From positions 64,001 through 128,000 of IMG/VR virus record IMGVR_UViG_3300027747_004779: a stretch of 64,000 bases of DNA; one strand, 5' to 3'. Numbering within the stretch: the stretch's first letter is position 1; each line of letters opens with the position of its first letter. A program made the position numbers and the translations under genes. This document shows positions 58,515 through 64,000 of the stretch, piece by piece. A model generated the notes under the pieces. It worked only from the letters and a program-made list of their open reading frames with translations. It was not told the origin of the DNA and did not search any database. This DNA is from a virus.

Positions 58515-59330
58515 GTGAAACTCGAGACCTTTCATTTTGAGATTAAAGACCTTATAACACAGTTTGTAGCTGCGTTTGATGATATTATTATAAAAAGGTA
58601 TGATAAAAACCGTGTACCGCAAAATAAAGTACAAGTAAGATATGTTTATGCTCCCAAAGAGCGGGTTTTATATGATCTAGTTAACAAAGCACAAAATCTC
58701 ACAGTACCTGTAGTTGCTGTCAGTATAACAAATGTAGCTCGCGATGAAGATCGCGTTTTTAATAAAAATAGCGGGTTTTATCTAACAAGAGGACCTACAG
58801 ATAATTCAATAAGCTCTACATCACAATATTACAGAACACCAGTACCAGTTAATATAGGCGTCTCCATGTCTATTATAACAAAATTTCAATCAGATATGGA
58901 TCAAATTATTTCAAATTTTGTTCCATACAATAATCCTTATATTATTCTTTCTTGGCAGATTCCAAGTACAGTTGTACCAAGCGGGTTTGATCTTCCACAA
59001 GAAATACGAAGCGAAGTTTTATGGGATGGTGGAATCAATCTTTCTTATCCAATTGATATTCAGGCGAACGAAAAATATCGTCTTATTGGCGATACATCTT
59101 TTATAGTAAAAGGCTGGTTATTCCCATATATGCAACAGCCCGTTGGAAACATATATTTTATTAATAATAACTTTAATTCATCATCAATTATTACTGATTA
59201 TGACGCGCTTACTGGTAATACATATACATATCCAACTAGCACAAACCTTGTAAGCGATACAGAAACTGTATCAATTTCTGGAATTCCACAATTTACCAAT
59301 GTTGACTATACTACATCGCTCAATCAATAA
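58515..59330 (+). CDS. Tail terminator / sheath stabiliser (T4 gp15-like)
   Basis: F...FDDI, V.Y.YAPKE, PVP.NI, DMDQII and KGWLF; GTG start 5 nt after TAAATA. Confidence 0.88.
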   Translation: MKLETFHFEIKDLITQFVAAFDDIIIKRYDKNRVPQNKVQVRYVYAPKERVLYDLVNKAQNLTVPVVAVSITNVARDEDRVFNKNSGFYLTRGPTDNSISSTSQYYRTPVPVNIGVSMSIITKFQSDMDQIISNFVPYNNPYIILSWQIPSTVVPSGFDLPQEIRSEVLWDGGINLSYPIDIQANEKYRLIGDTSFIVKGWLFPYMQQPVGNIYFINNNFNSSSIITDYDALTGNTYTYPTSTNLVSDTETVSISGIPQFTNVDYTTSLNQ

Positions 59331-59385
59331 AGTTAATATTTATAGTTTAAGTTTAGAATAGAGCACATAAATATAATAAAACAAT

Positions 59386-61191
59386 ATGGCAAACCAGGAT
59401 TCAAATAGAGAAAGTACATTCGGCAGAGACTTAATGAAGTTTGTTTCTTCGAAATTACCCTATCAGTCTCTTAATATTGAAGATAAGATTAACTCGCTTA
59501 ATCCAAAGTACGAGGAATTCTTTGATAAAGGTACAAAACGCGAAGAAGCATTGTCCAGACAATCGATTTCTTCATCGCTAGCTTTCACAGATGATTTATA
59601 TGCCAATGTAATTCAGAATAAAGATTATCATAACTACATGTATGCAAACTTGCAGCCTGATAAAGGTCGCAGGTTAATGGATTATAGAGTAATGGCGGCT
59701 TTCTCTGAAGTTGCAGATGCATTAGATGAAATATGCGATGAATTTATTAACAAGGATGATAACGGTGAAATTGTTAAACTAAGACTAAAAACAGATGCGC
59801 TTTCTGAAGAGCAGAAAGAAAAGCTTAAAAAAGAATTTCAAAAGTATATTAGTTACTTTGACCTTGAAAATAAAGGTTGGGAGTACTTGAGACAGCTCTT
59901 AGTTGATTCTGAGTTATACTTTGAACATATTGTTCATAAGAAATATCCTCAAGAAGGTATTCTTGGTGTTGTTGCTATTCCACCCGACCTTATTGACCCA
60001 ATCTTTGAAAATGTACAAAACCAGATTGTAAGAGGTTATTTGTTGCGTAAAAATATTTACGATGCTAAGAACCCTGGCAAAGTATCAAAAGTCGAGCTCG
60101 TACCGATGGATGTTAATCAAGTTACATACATTAATTCAGGCATATGGAATGAGTCAAAGACAGTTAGACTTCCGTTCATAGAAAATGCTAGAAGAGCTTA
60201 CAGACAGCTATCACTTATTGAAGATGCGATCGTAATTTATCGTTTAGTCCGTGCACCAGAGCGTTTGGTTTTTAACGTAGATGTAGGTAATATGCCCCCA
60301 CCTAAGGCAGAAGCATATCTACGCAAATTAATGACAAATTACTGGTCAAAAAGAACTTATGATGCTGATCAAGGTGCATCAGTACAGAAATTTAATCCAC
60401 AATCAATGCTCGATAGCTTTTGGTTTGCAAAACGCGCTGGTAGTGAGGGTACAACAGTTACCCAGTTGCCTGGCGGTGCTAATCTTGGTGAACTTACCGA
60501 TCTAATGTATTTTGTACAAAAGCTCTACAAGTCGCTTAAAGTACCAGTAACACGTCTCAATGTTGAGGATGTATTTAAAGATGGAACAGACATTCTTCGC
60601 GAAGAGCTAAAATTTGCACGATTTATTATTCGACAACAGCAGCGCTTTGCTTCCGGACTTAAGAACGGTTTTGTTACACATCTCAAGCTAAAAAAGTTTT
60701 GGGAAGAATATAAACTTAAAGAAGCAGAAATTGATATTACGCTTAATGTACCAACAAACTTTTATGAGCTTAGAGAAAATCAGAAGTTCCAGCTTAAAGC
60801 AGAAAACTTTAATTCTATTACACAAAGCGATCTTGTTTCTAAAACATATGCACAGAAAAAATATCTTGGCTGGACAGATACCGATCTTATGGCTAATAGA
60901 GAGTTTTTAAGAAAAGACAGAGAACTACTTTGGGAGTTAGATCAAATTACAAATGGTGGACCAAATTGGAGAGAGCAAGGCGCTGTAGCGCCTGGTCAAG
61001 GGCCTGAAGCAGGAGCCGGAGGAGCAGGAGGCGGTACAGCAGGTGGTGGAGGATCAAGATTACCACCAGAATTTGGCCCTGGGCCTGGTGGTGCTGGTGG
61101 AGAAGCAGGCGCAGCTACGCCAGCAGCTGGTGGAGGTACGACTTCTAATAGTGCAGCTGCGGGAGGCGAAACCGCTACTCCCGCGGCATAA
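59386..61191 (+). CDS. Portal protein (T4 gp20-like)
   Basis: EDAIVIYRLVRAPER, DVGNMPPPKAE, LPGG.NLGE and REELKF motifs. Confidence 0.97.
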   Translation: MANQDSNRESTFGRDLMKFVSSKLPYQSLNIEDKINSLNPKYEEFFDKGTKREEALSRQSISSSLAFTDDLYANVIQNKDYHNYMYANLQPDKGRRLMDYRVMAAFSEVADALDEICDEFINKDDNGEIVKLRLKTDALSEEQKEKLKKEFQKYISYFDLENKGWEYLRQLLVDSELYFEHIVHKKYPQEGILGVVAIPPDLIDPIFENVQNQIVRGYLLRKNIYDAKNPGKVSKVELVPMDVNQVTYINSGIWNESKTVRLPFIENARRAYRQLSLIEDAIVIYRLVRAPERLVFNVDVGNMPPPKAEAYLRKLMTNYWSKRTYDADQGASVQKFNPQSMLDSFWFAKRAGSEGTTVTQLPGGANLGELTDLMYFVQKLYKSLKVPVTRLNVEDVFKDGTDILREELKFARFIIRQQQRFASGLKNGFVTHLKLKKFWEEYKLKEAEIDITLNVPTNFYELRENQKFQLKAENFNSITQSDLVSKTYAQKKYLGWTDTDLMANREFLRKDRELLWELDQITNGGPNWREQGAVAPGQGPEAGAGGAGGGTAGGGGSRLPPEFGPGPGGAGGEAGAATPAAGGGTTSNSAAAGGETATPAA

Positions 61192-61217
61192 CCCGCTAAA
61201 TTAATTAAATAATAGTT

Positions 61218-63302
61218 ATGGCTGTATATTATCCATCTTTTGATAATTACAGACGCGCACAAATTCGTCAAAAACAACTCTTACACACTGATTATAAAAC
61301 AGTTATACAAGAAGGTATTGGTGTAGGGGCTATTCCAGCAGTAAACACTTCGCCTACACCAACGCCTACCCAAACAATAACGCCTTCATTAACTCCTTCA
61401 TTAACTAACACACAAACACCGACATTAACACCCACTATTACGCAAACAATAACACCAACAACAACACAAACAGCTACACCTTCTGAGACGCCCACGAATA
61501 CACCAACACAAACACCTACGTTGACTCTTACACAAACACCCACTGTAACCAAGACATCTACTATAACACCGACACAAACGCCCACAGTAACACCAACAAT
61601 AACCCAAACACCAACCATTACACCAAATTTGGTAACGGTATATTATTATTCCGATTCTACAACATCTTTCAGCATGGATACTACATTAACAAGTACAAGT
61701 CGCGATACTAATAAAACTCTGATTGCAGTTAATATTGGGAGTGTAGTAACTAGTATTGGTACTGCTTTTGTTAATTGTACAGAGCTTACTGATATTATTA
61801 TTCCTAGCAATGTGACTATTATTGAGTATGGTGCATTCCAAGGCTGTACCGGTCTAACTAGTGTTACCATTCCTAGCAGTGTGACGGCCATTGGGTCTTA
61901 TATGTTTTTTTATTGCACTAACTTAGTTAGTGTATATTTCTTAGGCGATGCTCCTACTGGGGGATTTGGAGCGTTTGAAGGTACAACGTGCACAGTGTAT
62001 TATTGTTCAGATAAAGTTAACTTTACCAACCCATTCCTAGACCGGCCTGCGGTCGCTATTACATGTGGCATTAATACACGTACACCTACCCCAACACCTA
62101 CTTCAACACCAACACCTACACAGACTCTTACTCCCTCAATAGGGTCATCACCTACTCCTACAAATACACTTACACAGACACCAACACCGTCAGTTACACC
62201 CACTATTACTCAAACACCGACAAATACACCTACACAGACACAGACCTCCTCTGTAACACCAACACAAACACCTTCAGTCACACAAACCACCACAGTAACA
62301 CCTACCAATACCATATCGCCTACACCAACCAACACTTCGACATTAACCCCTACACCCACACAGACACCTACTCTAACAGTTACACCCTCTGTAACGCCTA
62401 CGAATACACAAACATCGACCAATACACCAACCAATACACCTACAGTAACACCTACTGTCACAGTAACCAACACGCCTACTATGACATTAACACCAACCAC
62501 TCCACCATATACTATTAGTTATCTCATAGTAGCGGGCGGAGGAGGAGGCTCAAACGGTGGAGGCGGTGGCGGGGCAGGCGGTGTATTAACATCATCCATA
62601 CAAGTCTATCCTAATGCAGCATATAGTTTTGTAGTTGGAGCTAGCGCTATAGGTAGAACCGATGGTTCAAATATTCTCGATAGTGTAGGAAAAAATAGTA
62701 TAGCATTTGGCTTAACAGCAATTGGTGGAGGCACATCATATGGTGTGTTAAACGCAGCAATTAGCGGCGGTAGCGGATCTGGATCTGAAATGTATAATAC
62801 CATCCAAGGTCAGGGAACATTAGGACAAGGAAACAGTGGCGGTGATGGTGGATATACTGGTGGCGGGGGTGGAGCAGGTGCACCAGGAGGATGGAGCATA
62901 GGGTTTTCACAACCAGGCGGTAATGGAGGTATAGGTATAATTAACCCTATAGCAGGTTCAACAGTGGGTCAGCTTTCTGCAGGTAATTATTGGATTGGTG
63001 GTGGTGGAGGTGGTGGGTGTAATAATAACAACATTGGAGGTAAAGGTGGCCTAGGTGGTGGCGGCGTAGGTAAAGCAGACAATACTAAGGGTGGCAATGG
63101 TCTTGCAAACACCGGTGGTGGTGGAGGTGGTACATCAGGTTATTCCGGAAGCCCGGGTGGCGGTAATGGTGGATCAGGTGCTATAGTTTTGTCTATACCT
63201 ACTTCACGCTATACAGGTATTTTTACAGGAGCACCACAAGTACTTACATATGGTTCAAATACAATTTTACAGTATTTGACATCCGGAAGCTACACAGCAT
63301 AA
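61218..63302 (+). CDS. Mucin-like Pro/Thr stalk protein with BspA-type LRR and Gly-rich terminal domain (virion surface protein)
   Basis: Two long TPT/TQT tracts; IP.SVT.I...AF..C..L repeats; YLIVAGGGGG...GGSG domain; late promoter. Confidence 0.85.
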   Translation: MAVYYPSFDNYRRAQIRQKQLLHTDYKTVIQEGIGVGAIPAVNTSPTPTPTQTITPSLTPSLTNTQTPTLTPTITQTITPTTTQTATPSETPTNTPTQTPTLTLTQTPTVTKTSTITPTQTPTVTPTITQTPTITPNLVTVYYYSDSTTSFSMDTTLTSTSRDTNKTLIAVNIGSVVTSIGTAFVNCTELTDIIIPSNVTIIEYGAFQGCTGLTSVTIPSSVTAIGSYMFFYCTNLVSVYFLGDAPTGGFGAFEGTTCTVYYCSDKVNFTNPFLDRPAVAITCGINTRTPTPTPTSTPTPTQTLTPSIGSSPTPTNTLTQTPTPSVTPTITQTPTNTPTQTQTSSVTPTQTPSVTQTTTVTPTNTISPTPTNTSTLTPTPTQTPTLTVTPSVTPTNTQTSTNTPTNTPTVTPTVTVTNTPTMTLTPTTPPYTISYLIVAGGGGGSNGGGGGGAGGVLTSSIQVYPNAAYSFVVGASAIGRTDGSNILDSVGKNSIAFGLTAIGGGTSYGVLNAAISGGSGSGSEMYNTIQGQGTLGQGNSGGDGGYTGGGGGAGAPGGWSIGFSQPGGNGGIGIINPIAGSTVGQLSAGNYWIGGGGGGGCNNNNIGGKGGLGGGGVGKADNTKGGNGLANTGGGGGGTSGYSGSPGGGNGGSGAIVLSIPTSRYTGIFTGAPQVLTYGSNTILQYLTSGSYTA
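61350..61626 (+). repeat. Degenerate Pro/Thr-coding repeat tract 1
   Basis: ACA/CCA-rich imperfect repeats. Confidence 0.85.
62081..62506 (+). repeat. Degenerate Pro/Thr-coding repeat tract 2
   Basis: ACA/CCA-rich imperfect repeats. Confidence 0.85.
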
Positions 63303-63352
63303 TATTATAACTCTAGTTGTATATTTTAACGATAATAAATTAAATAATATAT

Positions 63353-64000
63353 ATGGACTGTTCTGCAATTACACCTATAACAGCGTTTCAAAGCACTAAT
63401 CTTAATAGTAAGATAGATACATTTTCACGCCTTGGAGATAGAATTACACGTAGCCTTGGCGCGCCATTAATTAATCTGGAACTGCATCATGATCAATTAT
63501 TTGAAAATATTTCTATAGCTTGTGAGATGTTTGCAAGATATGCAGGATATACAGAAGAAATTTTAGTTTTTGATTCCAATTTATATGTAGACGGTAAGGG
63601 AATTAAGATGGATGAGTTGTTTAGTATTACCCCGTTTTTTAATAAAACGATTACACCATCTAAAACAGTTTACGCTGCAACATCATCAATTACTAGTAGT
63701 GTCTTTACCTCGTCAACTACACTATCAAGCATATATTCCGACGGCATCTTTAACAATCAAATCTTAACTACATCAAGCTATCTTAGCGTAATTAATTTTA
63801 ACGGTACATTAGCACAATATTTTAGTCCATCATCTAATAGTCAAGAGAAGTTCGTTAATAGTTTTGACTATGATATAATGGATTATAGAAAAGTAATCGA
63901 TGTTATTGACTTCGAAGAAGGAAGCTCTGACGGTGTTAATACCTTGTTTACTATTGAACAAACACTAGCACAGCAAACATATTTTAGCTATGCGATGGGT
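63353..64000 (+). CDS. Neck protein (T4 gp13-like), partial
   Basis: Translated by hand: MDCSAITP...RSLGAPLINLELHHDQL; open to the window end; TAAATA 6 nt upstream. Confidence 0.85.
   Translation, partial: MDCSAITPITAFQSTNLNSKIDTFSRLGDRITRSLGAPLINLELHHDQLFENISIACEMFARYAGYTEEILVFDSNLYVDGKGIKMDELFSITPFFNKTITPSKTVYAATSSITSSVFTSSTTLSSIYSDGIFNNQILTTSSYLSVINFNGTLAQYFSPSSNSQEKFVNSFDYDIMDYRKVIDVIDFEEGSSDGVNTLFTIEQTLAQQTYFSYAMG

Noticed and set aside
61292-62500. Antisense Val/Gly-rich ORFs, and the repeats as a possible CRISPR array
   Set aside because: These are shadows of Thr/Pro codons; there are no identical repeats with unique spacers
1-64000. Stop-codon reassignment, tRNA genes or a diversity-generating retroelement
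   Set aside because: Core genes are full length in the standard code, intergenic gaps show no cloverleaf, and no reverse transcriptase or template/variable repeat pair was seen

Overview
This is a 64 kb segment of a large, AT-rich T4-like myophage genome, with no tRNAs, CRISPR arrays or mobile elements seen. Structural genes (tail tube, sheath, gp3, terminase, gp13/14/15, portal) sit at both ends. Between them is a shuffled replication and recombination core (gp61, gp45, gp32, gp41, UvsX, gp43, gp46/47, gp55, UvsW, UvsY, gp62, DinG). Accessory content includes a dispersed 7-deazaguanine pathway (folE, queD, queE, queC, a class II glutamine amidotransferase and DUF366; no dpdA in the window), a glycosylation island of about 12 kb, ribosomal protein bS21 and phoH. 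Five features stand out. (1) Most transcription units appear leaderless, with TAAATA or TTGAW-N16/17-TAnnAT lying 5-8 nt before the start codon; the one strong Shine-Dalgarno I found precedes an ATT-initiated amidotransferase. (2) About 16 late proteins share a capsid-targeting-like N-terminal leader, including an operon encoding a nuclease-like, an RNA-ligase-like and an NMNAT-like enzyme, which may be a virion-injected enzyme kit. (3) bS21 plus a RimB-like protease suggests remodelling of the 30S platform. (4) The Que enzymes are divergent and linked to a glycosyltransferase and a kinase, suggesting an unusual deazaguanine product. (5) A compositionally foreign tract spans the terminase ATPase core. 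All functional calls come from motif recognition by eye, not database searches.
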